Assembly (NCBI GenBank): GCA_001179505.1
Contig: CDMY01000338.1
Span: forward strand, 1-64,000
Length of the DNA: 64,000 bases
Reading direction: 5' to 3'
Source: Vitrella brassicaformis CCMP3155
Taxonomy: Eukaryota; Protista; Chromerida
A program made the translations under genes and the position numbers. The notes under the pieces are model-generated. The model was not told the origin of the DNA, ran no database searches, and saw nothing but the letters and a program-made list of their open reading frames with translations. This document shows positions 1-13,904 of this stretch, piece after piece (positions within the stretch are counted from its first letter, which is position 1; the number at the start of each line of letters is the position of its first letter).

Positions 1-306
1 GTCAAGGGATCGGCCATGCTGTCAAGGGCCCTAGCAAAGCTTTTCTGACCTCTTGATGAAGGTGCGATTCTGAGCTGGAGAGGCCTGTATGTTATTTACT
101 TCAACTCCTTCCACGGTGGGATACCAAAACAGCAACTTCGGATTCCCCTCACTACCCACACACACAACGCCATTCCCTCTGCTTGGTAAGGCCGGATAGC
201 CGAAAGTCACATTATTTTGCACACACGCCCTCAGCTTCTGCCCTGCACCTTCTCTGTGCTCGACTCCGTCTCACTGAGCCACCGCCCCCAGTCTCTCTCT
301 GTTAAG

Positions 307-1175
307 GTCTCGACAATTATATGCCGTGTGACGTCCGGCTCTTGACCCAAGACAATGGTGGCACTCTGCTGCTGACGATGTATGACAACGGTCCGCGTGA
401 CGTTCCCGAGTACTCACGAGCCGTCAGCTACCTTGTTGATGAGGCCGCCATGACGGCCACACAGGTGTGGGAGTACCGGCACTCGCCGGACTTATACACG
501 TGGGCGACGGGCAGCTCCCAGCTGCTGGACAACGGCAACTACGCGATAGACTGGGGCGGTATCGGGCAGCCGCTGATGCCCTTCTACACCGAGATCGACC
601 CTCAGACCAGCAGCAAGGTGCTGGAGATGCAGTTTGTGCACGGCCTGTCCTATCGAGCCACGCGGCATCGGTGGCAGGGGAAGCCGGCCGAGCCGCCCAC
701 ACTAATGGTGGCCAACCAAGACAATGGTAGTGGCCATGGCAGCACCGCTGTGGCAACCAGCCCGTCGCTGCACTTCAGCTGGTGAGTGAGCGTGGGCAGT
801 GAGTGCGGTACGACAGACACGATAGATACATTCAATGAGTGAGTGCACTGACTGACTGCAACTAACGCGTCTATCTCTGTGTGTGTGTCTTTGATGTCTG
901 TCGATAGGAACGGTGCCACGGGTGTGGTGGGGTGGGAGGTGCTGGTGGGCGAGCGTGAGGGCGTCCCCATGACGGTGACGCGGCATGTGGAGAGGAAGCA
1001 TTTTGAGGATGGTGTGTCGACGAGTGAGTTGGTCGATTTGGTCGAGGCCGTCAGGAACAGTGCGGAGGAGAGCGAGGGCAGTGCTGCCGAGTGCTGTGTG
1101 TGGCAAGTGGTGCCCCTGATGGCCGACGGCACCAAAGGCAAACCGTCCAACACCGTGACAATTCGCTCAACATGA
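307..1175 (+). CDS. Arylsulfotransferase (ASST / Arylsulfotran_2-like), 3' part; exons 307-781 and 908-1175; 5' exons uncertain or outside the window
   Basis: Motifs LTMYDNG..YSRAVSY, VWEY, GSSQLLDNGNYAIDWG, SYRA and HFSW|NGATGVVGWEVL (joined across GT-AG intron 782-907) match the C-terminal half of PAPS-independent aryl sulfotransferases. Confidence 0.8.
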
Positions 1176-1538
1176 CATGACTGTGTAGCTAAAGTACTTA
1201 ATTGCTCTCTGTGGGTGAATGTGTGTGTCTGCATGCGGTGCGGTGCGTGAGAGTGTGCGTGGTGTGGTGTGGTGGATGCGACTATGTATTGGTGAGTGAG
1301 TACTTGGCGTTTGCCACCCGATTTACCCGATGCTGCCTGCTTCTACGTTTTATATGAACCGGTTCGTTTGACTGACTGCGATGGACCACACGTCCGTGGA
1401 TGTTTGGACACAACATCCACCCACCTCAGCGAGTAGTGGTTCATTCATGTCACGAAGCATGGCATACGTACGACATGATTGGTCTCTGACAGTGCTTTGC
1501 TTGCTGCACATGTCTCTCTTAGTCAACCACACACCTAT

Positions 1539-4500
1539 CTATCGATAGCGCCCCTGCAGGCGCCTCGACAACTGCACCGTGCCATCATCAGAGCTATTTG
1601 ACTCCCCATAGCCTCCTCTGCTCACGTCATGGCGACCCACCAGCTGCCGCCCTCCACCGTCCCTCCCCGCCATCCCACTCCCACCCCCAGCCCGACTGCG
1701 GCAGGGCGACATGCGATCGTGGCTGTCATACCACTCCCCCATCAGCCCATGTGCCCTCCCTTCCTCGCGGTATCGCCGTGGGTGTCTGTTGCGCACGTCA
1801 TGTCGGTCGAACTCCTCTTGCTTGCCCCTGCAAGTGAGGCTGGGCTGCAGGGGGCGGGCCTCATCGCCGATGTGTCTCGTCGGCTGCCGATGAGGGCCCA
1901 GACGCGACAATCGACTCGGAGCGGGAGATGGGTCACGTGTGTCGTCCCTCCAGCCGTCGTAATGCGGCCCCAGTCTCGGCTCGTTGGCTGCCGGTCGTCT
2001 CTCGTCGCGACGTGGGTGCTGAAGGCGAGAGGACGGGCGGCGGGTGGCGTCCATGTGTGAGTGTCTGGTGTGATCAGACAGCTCATCGGATGACGGCGAA
2101 CGAGAACGTCGCGGCCGGCGTGCGAAGCGGCGTGGGCTCGGCTTGAACCGCTGGTAGTCTTCCTCCGTGAGACGATGGCTGCGCTGCCCACTGTCACGCT
2201 GGCTGGCGGGCACATCGTTGCTGAACAGATGCCATCGGCTGCTGACCTCGTGTCTCGTACCGCCACGGCTGAGATTGCCCCCCTCCACCTTACGTACAGG
2301 CTGAAATGGCACCTCCCTGTCCCTCGGCTGTGGGTCTTGGTCCCGGAGTGGCGCAGGGGCGGCCAGTCGGGTGCCGGCCGCTGGAAGGGGACGCTCGTGA
2401 TACGTCACCGACGATGGAGGTGAGATGTGTGGTGGGGAGCCATGGGCTTCTGGGGCCTTCTTGTTGGCGCTCGTCGCGACGGGCTGTTGGAGGCGAGCAC
2501 TCTCCTGAGCGACAACACCATCACTGGTCAGTGGGATGTCGGGGCGAGGATGGGCCCGGATCGGTACAGGTCGGCCGTCCTCCCACACGCGCAGCCCACG
2601 CCCGAGCCCCCTCTCCCTCCCCCTCCCTGGCTGTGCAGACACAGTGGCGCCAGTCAGCGACGAGAACGGAGCTCTCCTGTTGGCTCCTTGGTCTGGTGAT
2701 GGCGATGACGACTCGGTGGCTGGTGCCTTGCTCAGCGGCGATGGGCTGCCTGACTTGACCCGCTGCCACTCGGCCTCGTCGGCGTACTTACACGAAGCAG
2801 CCAAAGCTGATGGTGGTGGGGCGGGGGGCTGTGACGGGGCCTCTGCCAGCTTGGTGCGCTGTTCTGCAGCGGCAGCTGCAGCTGGGGCAGCGTGTGTGTC
2901 TGCCGTCGTGTGTGCCGGTGGTCCGGCTGCGGTCTCATGATGCCGGATGGCTGACGGGTGGGGCTCCCTGCAGATGCTGGCGTGCTGCTGGGCCCTGCGG
3001 CCGCCGACCCCCAGAGTGTTCTGTATCATCCGGTTGGATGCGATAGGGTCGATCCTCGTCAATCGAGGCTCATCAGGCCGCTGTGCCGGAGGGGAAGGGG
3101 AAGGGGGCATGGGCGGCTGGTCTCGATGCGGTGGCGGAGGGCTTGGTGGCGCCACGGGGGGGCGTGGTGGCGAGAGGACCGCCGCTTCCTGCTCGCTGAG
3201 GTATTCCTCCACTCGTTTGTGCAGCAGGTCGACCTCGACACTTGTGGCGTGGTAGCCGAACACGGGAACAGCATCGCTCGCAGACGCAGCTGAACGTGCC
3301 CACACACAGCAGGGGGAGAATGCAAGACTTGTTTTGGTGCATATCTGTGCATGACTTACTTTGGTTTTCTTGATCAGGGCGGGCCTCGATGTGGGGTCTT
3401 CGTGCGTCGGGGTAGTGGCGGTAGAAGTCGATGTATCGGTTCTTCAACAGACACAGATGCTCGCCAAAGATGACTGACATGAGAACACATGATGCGGATA
3501 CATCAGCGGCGATGTTTGATTGATGCTTTGTCTGTGTATCGCACCCCATGGGAAGGAGCGGAAGATGGCCACGGGATGGTGATGCTCGTCAAGCTCTCCA
3601 TCAGACCTCAATCTGACACCGACAAAAGCATTCAATCACCTCTCCACCTTTCCACCCTGCCCCTCCCTCACAGCTGTTTTGCCCCCACCTGTGCATGGCA
3701 CTGGCGGCTTCGGTGTATGTGGCGATGTATGCGGCCGATGCGCGTGCGTAGAGCCTCTCCAGCTCCCTGCTGCGGTCCTCCTCTGTCTCGCCGAGCTCTC
3801 GCCGGTGCAGACGGTCGGCACACACGTCAGCCGCAGCCCGCAGCTCACAGGTCATCTTTGCGGCAACGTCGCGGTCCTTGGCATGGTGCTTCTCGGCGAG
3901 TCGGGCGATGCAGCCTGTGGCGAGCTCTGACTCCTCAATCGCCCCATACTGACGCATCATGTACATCACCTGACCGCAACAACACAACACAACACACGCA
4001 CAGACAGACAAAGAAAACCCCATATGTGACGGACGAAGCTTTCGGCTTTTCATGTAGCAAGCTTGGCTTGCCTGTGCGTTCCATCTGATGCATTCCTCGC
4101 GCATCTCGTGGAGATGTTGCGGTGCGTCCCTGTGCAGCAGATCGGCATCGGCCACGCCGGCCGGCACGGTCTGGTCAGGCGGCCATCGCCACACGGCCGC
4201 ATCCTCGTCGTCCTCCCCGTCACGCACCTCCACCTCCGTCTCTCCATCAGCCGACACAGCACTGTCCTCTACCGTCTCGAAGAACACGTGTCTCGGCACC
4301 TCGACGCCGCCCCAACACACCATGTCACACTCGGGGACCGGCTGGCCACTCAGGCGAGCACGGCACCGACCGACGATCCAGGCGACACAGGCCTTGCTGA
4401 TCTCATGGAGGTCCGTGCGTGGCACCAGGAAAGTGGACTGAGAAGGGGCTGGTGGTGGTGCTGCAGCAGTCGCAGGCTCCTCTGACAGGTGTGCAGGTTG

Positions 4501-7500
4501 GTCCGTCGTGCACTTGAGCACGTCTGCCGGCACCTTGGGGTCGCCACTGCATGCCTCGCCATTGACGCGAGCCAACGCCCGATGAATGATCCCCTGGACG
4601 AATCGACTGATCAGCTCTCTCAGCCCGTCGCTCCCGTGCTTGGCTTTCTCGTCGCCTGGCCCACACGACGGCCGCTTGGACGACGTAGCGGGCGATGTGG
4701 CCTTAGACGACCGCGGGGATGGCCGTCGTGAGTCGCACTGCCGCCCTTTCTCTTGCTGGCTGCGGTGCCTGATGCCGGCAGGTGAGGGTCGGGGGCGCCT
4801 GACAAAGAATGCGCCGCCGACGTGGTAGAGTTTGATGAAGTGGAGGGTGGCGTCGAGGCTCTTGAAGCGGACGTCAAAGTCACGCTTGGGGGCGTCGGGA
4901 GAGGGCACAGGCTCGATGGCAGGCGCACTGCATATCAAGACATGCATGGCGGTCGATATCGATATGGCCTGCCAGGTATCTCTGTCTTACGCGAGGTTGG
5001 TTCGCTCCCTCAGATGCGTCTGTGCGTGCGGGTGGATGCTGGCGATCGGCCTCTCTTGGTCGGGGGCAATGCCGGCCTCGCGCAGCTGTCGGCACAGATA
5101 GTCATCCAAGTCAGCCTGGAGGCAGCAGCAAGGGACAATACAACTGGTGTGCGTATGGTGCGAGCTGGTGAGATTTGTGTCTCATATGTTACCTGGGAGA
5201 AGTTGCATCCGGTCACTTGGACGTTGTATGGTTTGCTGTAGAGGTGCTCGAGATGCGAATAGGCCTCAACCAACGAGTAGCGAGTCTCTGTGTGTGACAC
5301 ACGACACACACAAAGGCATACATACAATGGAGACGGCACTCAGTCTGCCTTCTGCGTGGCTGGCTGACCTCTGGCGCCAGGTCTGCTGATGGTAGCCTCC
5401 TTGAGGACGGTCTCGCCCCGCAGCCGCTCCTGACACTCGTCAAACAACCTCGCCACCTCCACTGTCTGAACCAATGAATGACACACGTACACGCACGCGT
5501 CAGTCAGTCCCTTGCAGATACATACCCACAGGCAGCCAGCAGTGGCTGACGCATATATGTTCACCTAACCTACCTCAAACACAATGTCGACAGCAGCAGC
5601 CCTCGGCCCCCTGGTGCCGTCGGTGTTCTGCACATTGATGGGCCGGATGAGGATGTCGCTGTACCCTCCCGCCGTGACGCATGCCGCCTTGTCGCGCAGG
5701 CGGGCGGCGTCGAGGAAGGCAATGAGGGCCCGGAAGTGCTCCACCAGGCGAGGCCGGCTGTAGGCATCATCTAAACACCCCGACAAAGGGAATGAACGAG
5801 TAAGTGACCATGGATGGCTTCATCTGTACTGTCTGTACCTTGTGGCAGGTAGGTGACCCTCCTCATTCGCTTGATGTTGGGCGGCCCCAGCAGTGTCTCG
5901 TCCCGGGAGCCGCGCTTGCCGGCCATGCAGCTCTCAAACGCCAACACTACCGGGTCCTCATCTTCCTCTCATGCACGACACATACAGACAGGTCGATCGT
6001 ATGTGCGTCAGTCATGTGTGTCCTTTTGTTTCATGTGTATGTATAGATTGGGTGCAGTTGCGTTGCGTTGCGTTGCGTACCCCAGGCGATTCGCACCCAG
6101 TGGTGGCGGCCTTGTCTTCCCTTGACATCCATGCCAGGCTGCGGCGCGCGGCGCAAACGACTGTACCGTACCCCACACACAAATCACACAAAGGAGATAT
6201 CTAGCTTGTTCACACATGACATACATATGACATGTGATGCGTTACACATCATACACACACAAGGCGAGCCACAGCTCTTCTCTATGTGTAAGTAATGTCG
6301 GTCAACCAATGATTTACCGCATGATTTCTGCAGCCGTCTTGGCGTCGCACAGCTGCGCCCTCGCGGTGTACCTGCCCTCACTCGTAAGCTGCAGGTACGA
6401 TGTCGACTTCTGCACACACACACAGGTCGATGGAGTGGACAGAGAGGCGTTCGTTTGTGTTTTTTTGTGTGTGATGCGATGTGATGTGTGTATTGGGTGT
6501 GTTTGCATACGATGAGGTCTGTCGTGACGAATTGGCCCTGGTGGTCTGGCATGTGGAGACAACACTCCGCCTCGAGCTGCTCCCTTAGCCCCGTGACATT
6601 CACACCGTGCTCAGGCACATCCTTGAGCCAGAACACACTCCCACGACCTGACGCACACACAACACACACAACGACGCCCTTTTGGCTGGCCTGTCGCCTT
6701 TTCCACCCTCCCAATATCCCTCTCATCAACTTGAGGTGGTGGCGGCGGCTTTGTATTTGTCCTCGACGTCGATGGCGATGGGGTCGCTGCTGACGGATTT
6801 GTCGCTCTTGGCGCCGCCCCGCAGCCAGCACTGTACCTGGAAGTGCACCGCCTCCACTGACAGCGGGATGGACAGCTCCACTCGTGTGGCGGGGGTGCGG
6901 GTGTGGTGGACGAGCTCCTTGAAGATGGCGTTGCAGCTCTGCAGGCCGTCGCCCACGTGAGACTCGTCCTGGTGCTCAATACTGACAGACAGACAGCCAC
7001 AACACACGGAGACACATGTTTGTTCTTCATCGGCTCACTCGGCTCACTCGGCTATGTATCTGTAGAGGATGCGGTGTCCGACGACCCTGGGGATGAGGTC
7101 CTTGGGCACAGTCCACTCGAGCAGCAGGTGGCGGGCGACGGCCTTCCTGCTGGAGGGGTCCTCAGCAATGAGGGGGGCGCCAACCACCTCGGGACGGCCA
7201 GGACGGAAATCTAATTGGCGGATGGACGGATGGCGCACAGACGACAATGGCACTTACATGGCCGTTTCTTGCTTCCTGCGTCTCTCCCCCTCTCTGCATC
7301 TCACTAACATACCGTCATGTGTGTCGGCGCAGAGGTGTTTGGTCTCGCGGAAGATCTGACCAATCACGCTCTGGGACTCAAACACCTTCCCAGGCTGATT
7401 GATATGATGGCCAACATACACGTCAACACACAAGAGGGCATGAGGGCATGGCATATAGGATATGAAGGTGGCGGCCGGGCTGGTGTGTGTCATGTCACGT

Positions 7501-8213
7501 CACATGGAGGTACCAGCCAATGGGCCTTTGAGGCCATGAAGTCGGGTCGCTCCTTCGGCACCAGCTCGCGAGGTAAAGACACACTGATGCCTGATCCATT
7601 GCAGAACCACATTCATGTTTGTGTGCTTCTGATCGACCCATGCATGTGATGTGTCCATGGATGTCTTGGCGCTGCAGCTGGTGCGTGTACCTGTCTTTGC
7701 GAAGTCGACAGCGTCGCTGTGCAGCTCGGCGAGCTCGAGACATGTCGGGTGGCGGGCCTGCCGTGGTGTGGCGTATGCACACAACATACAACAGAAGACA
7801 AAACACAGCACAAGGCACATGGGGTGTGTGTGTGGCATAGATGGTGCAGACTGACTTGCCTTTTGGTCTGCATAGATCTCAGGCTGGTGGCACTGGCTCA
7901 GCCACGCCACAGAGATCTTGCCCAGGTTGTCGTTGCGGAAGTAGTTGATGAAATACTCCTGCACACACACACACACACACACACAACAAAGACGCTACCC
8001 ATACCCATCTTTCCATCCATCCCTCCCTCCCCATCTGTCAGTCAGTGACACTTGCCTTGAGTGCCTGCTGCCGGCTGAATGGGTCTGAGAGGTCCACCTC
8101 ACGCAGTGTCTCCTTCGGCCGCGGCTTGTAGTACTCCGCACCCGGCGGGTTGGTAGTGGGCGGAACGCATCGAGGGTCCCAAATCACGTGGTACTGGTCA
8201 CCTGACACACACA

Positions 8214-8250
<37 letters not shown>

Positions 8251-11200
8251 GATGGTCTCGGTTTTGTTTTGTGTGTGTAGGGTCTGGAGGGATTGGTGCC
8301 ACTGGGTGGGTAGGCAGGCAGGCCATCGCACCGTCTAGGTCAGAGCCGCTGAGTTCGTTCGGGTGCGGCCTCTCCCCCTTGACGGGGAAGACAATGACGT
8401 TGACACAGTGCTCCAGCTCCTTCCGCGACACCGCTCTCAACACACGCGTGTCGCCGGGATCGAACGCGGGATTCTTGCTCACATTGACATCCCCTGCAGA
8501 CACACACACAGACAGAAGGGATGATGGCCGGTGTCTGTTTGGGTGTCTGTCTGTCTGTCTGTCTGTGACCTTGGATGGTTTGTGGCGGCTCGTTGGGTCG
8601 TCTGATGCGCACGTGGACCTCCCCCTCCTCGAGCACGCCGGCCTCATCAGACACGCCGAACAACACGGCACCTGCACAACACAGACGAAAAGGACACAGA
8701 GCGTACGGGCTGTTCGTTGCGGGGCGTCCAGCCACGCACCTTTCTGAACGAACAAAGCAGAAGACAGAAAGATACGAATGGCCATATTCTCATAACAAGG
8801 CAGGCGATCCTATCTCACCTACCTTGACATATAGATGCGTTTTGTTGAGGATGTCTTTGCAAATGTACCGCCGGATGTCCCGCAGACACACCCGGACGAA
8901 CGGCTCGGTGGGTTCGATCCCACGGCCGATGAGGAAGGCCAGACGCCGCACGAAGAAGTGGTCCGTGCTCACCTTGTGCAGCAGACGCAGCGCAGCGCCT
9001 GCCGTGAGTGAGTGACACACAGACACAGAGAGAGACACATCGATTCGTGGCTGTGCATGTACAGGGGACGGGAGGGGGGGAGGGGGGAAGGGCAGGGAAG
9101 GGCACCTTTGTTAGTGGTAGCGCGCCTGATGTCCTGTATGGTCTCATCTTTGACCTCGTGGATGGCCTCTGGCGGCACCTCACGCGTCAGCAGCAGAGTG
9201 ATGATCTCGCGGTTCAGGTGCAGCGGGATGAAGCGACTGTCAGTCAGACAGACAGACAGACAGACAAAGAGAGAGAGATGGGGTGTGGTGTGGTGGGGTG
9301 TGTTGTTCACGCGTAGTCGCATATTTCCAGCATGTGGTGCTCGGCCTTGAACTTGTTCTGCGACTTGCGAAGCACCACGCGAACCCTATGAGCCGGCACA
9401 CACACACACATGCAGTCATTATGAGACAGACATACACATACGCAACCCACAGAAATGGGAGGGAGCATTTGGTAGTCTGAAAAGCTAGCTTACGGGTGTG
9501 TGTGTTTGTCTCTGAAGTCGGGATCGACCACCAGCATACCCTTGGCGCCGTTGAAGCGGATCTGAAGACACACAAAATGAATGGCCAGGGAAGCATGCAG
9601 AGTCGGTGTCGGTGTCGGTGTGTCGCTCGCTATATATTCTACCTGGAAAGCGCATGGCGTCTCCGAGAGGTTCAGCTTCCGCGAGAGGTCCTCAGCCACA
9701 TTCACGTGGCAGTACCCACACCCATCTGCATCAACACACACACACACATACATCTCCATGGCCACCCCCACCACAACACACCCAGACATTGGCAGGGCTC
9801 ACCGGTGAACTCGTATACGCACTTGTTGCGGTCACCATCGAAAGGGTCCACTGGTCGGGCGATGTCGTCCTCGAGACACACCTGCTCCGGTGAGATGTGG
9901 ATGCCCTCGTGTGTGGCCGAGAAACACATACCCTGACGGGCCGCATACTTGCCTGACACGCAATGGGATACAGTGACAGGGAGAGAGGGTGTGGTGTGGT
10001 GTGGTGTGCTTAGTCGTGTACTGTACCAGGTAGTCTGACGTTGCTGAAGTCGCCCATGAAGGACTCGATCTCGACGAACCCCAAACTCTCGTCTACACAG
10101 AGACATCACGGCACACGACAGCAGTACCAGAGAGAGACCTATGAGCGTGATGCTATTCGTCGATGGATGGGCAGCATTGTTCGTCTGTCTCTCTCTCTCT
10201 CTTGGCACCAGGTCTGAAGAACCACGTGGCGCAGTTTCTGATCTGGCTGGAGCTGTAGGCCAGCATCTGGTAGGCTGGCAGAAACGACAAACGAACACCT
10301 GCACAAAAACCACACCCCACACACGACCAGTCCAGATGGCAAAAGCTCCCGGCCCCCATTTGTGTGTGTGTGGTGCATGCCGTCATCGAGAATGGTCCTC
10401 ATCCGCTTGTCCACGATCTCCTCGATGGCCGGCTCGTACATCAGACGACTGCCGTCCTCGTCTGTGGCAGACAGAAAGGAACGACCACACACTCACACTG
10501 GCGTGTTGTGTTGTGTGGCTCACAGGCCCACCTACCGACGAATGCGACGCGCAGGAAGGCGTCTGCCTTGTCACGGAACCGACGCAACACACTGCAGCCG
10601 TCCACCGTCCACACAAAGAGAGAGAGGACAGGACTGCAGTTCATGCGACTGGATGTGTGTGTGTGTGTGTGTGTGGATGGATGTGTGTGCCCACCGACCG
10701 GTTCGACTCCTCCACCTCAGGGCCTCTCACAATGAGCTTCAACGGGCTAACCTGCTCACACACGGACACACACACACACAGACAGACAGACAGACAGACA
10801 GCTGGCCTGGATGGCCATGGATACTCCTGCCTGTCTGACTGACGGACGTAGGCGTGCATCACGCGCATGCAGTGGGCGGGGTAGTCCTGCAGATGACGAA
10901 TCAAACCCAACCTGTGTGTTTGGAGAACACACACACATGCGGTGCGGGGGCGTCGACTGAGTATCTGGATGGCCACCCACACTCACTGTCGGCGCGCACG
11001 GGCAGCGATCTTCTCAAACACTGATGGATGACCGAATCACCGACAGCCACACACATGCAGGGATCGAGCCAGCCGTCATTGTATGTGTGTCGGTGTGGGT
11101 CCCCGCCCCAGTGGCAGTGGCACCTTTTGCTGGTTCCGTGATGGGGCTGCGCACTCCCGCCAGCTCCATCTCCTGCACACAAGACACACACACATAGACA

Positions 11201-13904
11201 CACAGGTGTAGACAGACAGACATGCACCATGATATGTATGCGTGTGTGTACGTTGAGGCAGTATAGTTTGATGTCGACCGAGTGCCGGCGGCTCAGCAGA
11301 CACTCACGCACAAACGAGGGGTCAATCTGACAAAGATTAAGGCAGGCAGAGACCATGGGTGTGTGTGTCTGCCCTACCGCGTTTGACCCCTGGATGACGC
11401 CCGTGGTGATGAGGCAGTGATAGCGCGCGAACAGCAGGAAACTCTCCTTCCACAGCTTGAACGACACCCTGAGATACACAGACACGCAGACAAGCCATGC
11501 CTGCCAGCACCCCTCCCTCCCTCCCTGCTGTCCTTTTCATTCATTCTTCTGTGTCTCACATACTTGTATATTTTGTCGAACAAGTCATCGGTGGAAAAGG
11601 CGCCTGAGCTGCGGGCGTCCTGCGATGAGTGTGAGGCGTTGCGGCCACGCAGATGGACATAGGAGATGTGCTCAATAGGCGGAGCAGCCTCGCCTTCCGG
11701 CCTACAGGGCAATAGATATTGCACAAGGGGCGGCGAGTGTGTGTGCTGTCTCTTTTGTTACGTGGCGGATCCGCTGAGCAGCAGGCCGGCCTTGACGAGC
11801 GAGGGGGCGATGTGCTGCTGGAAGTGAGCCTGACACCACACACCACACCACACCACACACACATGCAGATGGAACGGGAATGGCCCATGCGTGCGCCTGG
11901 TGTGTGCACCTTTCGATCAGGGCACACCACACACACGCACCAGGAGGCCTCGAAGGCCTGGAAACAGACAGACACCACCGTCCCCCTGGCATCCATCCCT
12001 GTGTGTTGTGTGCCTGTCCTCACCGTGACGCTCTTGCGCGGCATGAACACCGAAGACCTGTCTCTGCCTGCCCGGCCCCCACCCCGACCCTCACACTCGC
12101 CGTTCTCGTTCTCGGCCCCCTCCTCATCCTCATCCTCGTCATCAGTGGAAGACTCGGACTCATCGCCGGGGGTGGGGCTGGCGGCTCCCGCGGTCGACTG
12201 CTGCTGCTGCTGCTGCTGCTGCAGCAGCGATGACTTGGACTCCTTCTGCACACGCAACACGATGAGGTGACCCTTTTAGCCAAGAGATGTGATATGTGTT
12301 CCGGCGGGCGGGCGGGCGGGATGCATGGGATGTGCACACATACACGCGTACGTCCAGTGCGTCGTCAGCGGGTCCTCTGCTGATGATCCATGGGTCTACG
12401 ATGCGGCACCACTCGATGCGCCCGTTGCCAAGACACCCGTCGCCTGGGCCTGGTGGGGCTGACGCTGAGGCAGAGGCAGAGCTGCTGCCGGTGGTGCTGG
12501 GCATGCCGGGATCGCGATACAACTGCATGGTGCATTGATGCCAGGAAAGGCACAGCAGATGTGTGGGAGGGGGGGACTGAGGGGGGGGAGTGGTGGGTCG
12601 GTCACCTTGGGGGCAGTGATGTATACGATGGCTATGTGCAGGTCGTTGTGGGTGTCGCTCGGGGCGGCCCCTCGGCCGCCATGGCTGTCAAACACTCTCA
12701 GGTTGACAGATGAGAAGGGCCACTCCATCTTGTAGGAGCGGCCACACAGCCTGAAAAGAGAAACAAGAACCAATCGAACGAGGCCCAGACAGAGATCGTG
12801 TGTGCACACATGTCCGTCTTGCCTGAATGCGATACGCACGAGCCTGTCGGTGAGGCAGAAGTAGACGCACACCGAGCCCTCCTCGTCATACGTCAAACCG
12901 AAGTTGTTGCGCTGCGGGGAGAGGAAAGGGGCAGACAGACAGACAGACAGACGGGCAAACGACAAACAGACGGCGTGCAAGAATGGATGGATGGATGGAT
13001 GGATGCTTACGATGGGTTTATCCATGTTGGACAGCGCCTTGTAGGTCTCAACCTCATCGTCCTTGACCTGCATCACACACATCGGGCACACGGCCACACG
13101 CACTCCTCTCCCCTGCCCACACAGCTCAGTGAGTGCCCCATTCTGACTGACAGGGATTCACTCACCAGGTTGCCAAAGTATATCTTGGTGCCGAATATGG
13201 CGGTGGTGCGGTGAGCGGGTCTGGTGGGGTCGACCTCGGCAGTGATGACGTGGCCGTAGGAGTCCCTGGTCTTGTTGAGCTTGGCAGCAGCCAACTCGGC
13301 ACAAGGCGCGCTGCAGCGAATGCATTCATGAAGCCACATCAGTCATATATATGACTGCGGGCCGCCTTGTCGCTTGCCTGTAATATCTGATCAGTGCAGT
13401 ACCGTTGTCATTCAGCTGGAACCTGCAGGCATTGATCAGGGAGCTAACTGCTCATGTGTTGTGTTGTGTGCCCCATTGCATGCAATTGGCGTGTGGTCTT
13501 GTTCAGGGCGACCGGTCGATTTGGCCATAGTATCCGAAGCCCGGCGGCCCGCGGATGTCCCACAGATGCACACCTGGGCTGAGATCCCGCACAACCACTG
13601 TGCCGGACGACTGCTCCAGACCCTGACACACACAACACACAGACACACATCCAAAGCATCCACACAGCTCGTTCTTGGTGGTTTCTTCTCTCTCCATGTG
13701 CACACCTCAAACTCTCTCTTGTAGACCCATCTGAACAGCCGCAGCCCCATCTCGTACACCTGACACATCCCTGCACACACACAACAGGAAGGAACAATAC
13801 CATACCGCCCGCCACGAGATCTTTTCCTCTTTCTGGATGGGTGCACCATTGATGTCAGGGTAGACGACATCTGCCTCTGCAGCATCCGTGCTGCCACCAA
13901 ACAT
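1539..13904 (-). CDS. RDR: Eukaryotic (RNAi) RNA-dependent RNA polymerase, multi-exon, very large, with an internal insertion and a low-complexity tail
   Basis: RdRP motifs occur in order on the minus strand: GPEVEESNR, MLAYSSSQIR, KYAARQGMCFS, FTDGCG, AFQIRFNGAKG, LFGVSDEAGVLEEGEV, VSKNPAFDPGD, catalytic GSDLDG|DQYHVIWD (phase-1 intron 8202-8331), NDNLGKIS, CLELAELHSDAVDFAKTG, FESQSVIGQIFRE. C-terminal MMRQYGAIEESELATG, ARASAAYIATY and FRSFPWG lie near 3490-3980. ATG at 13904, stop at 1539. The N-terminal exon chain is only partly phase-checked. Confidence 0.93.
6730..7215 (-). other. Fibronectin type III-like domain inside the RdRP insertion
   Basis: PGRPEVV...LLLEWTVP...GHRILYRY...VHFQVQCWLRGGAKSDKSVSSDPIAID reproduces the FN3 pattern (P-x-P start, LxWxxP, YxIxY, FxVxA..G.S..S.P). 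Confidence 0.6.

Noticed and set aside
31-222. 63-aa minus-strand ORF at the window start
   Set aside because: No recognisable motif; probably overlaps an upstream plus-strand ASST exon or intron.
4930-4995. Apparent stop (TAA) splitting the RdRP gene into two genes
   Set aside because: The TAA lies within a GTAAG donor of a 63-nt intron whose removal restores the frame.
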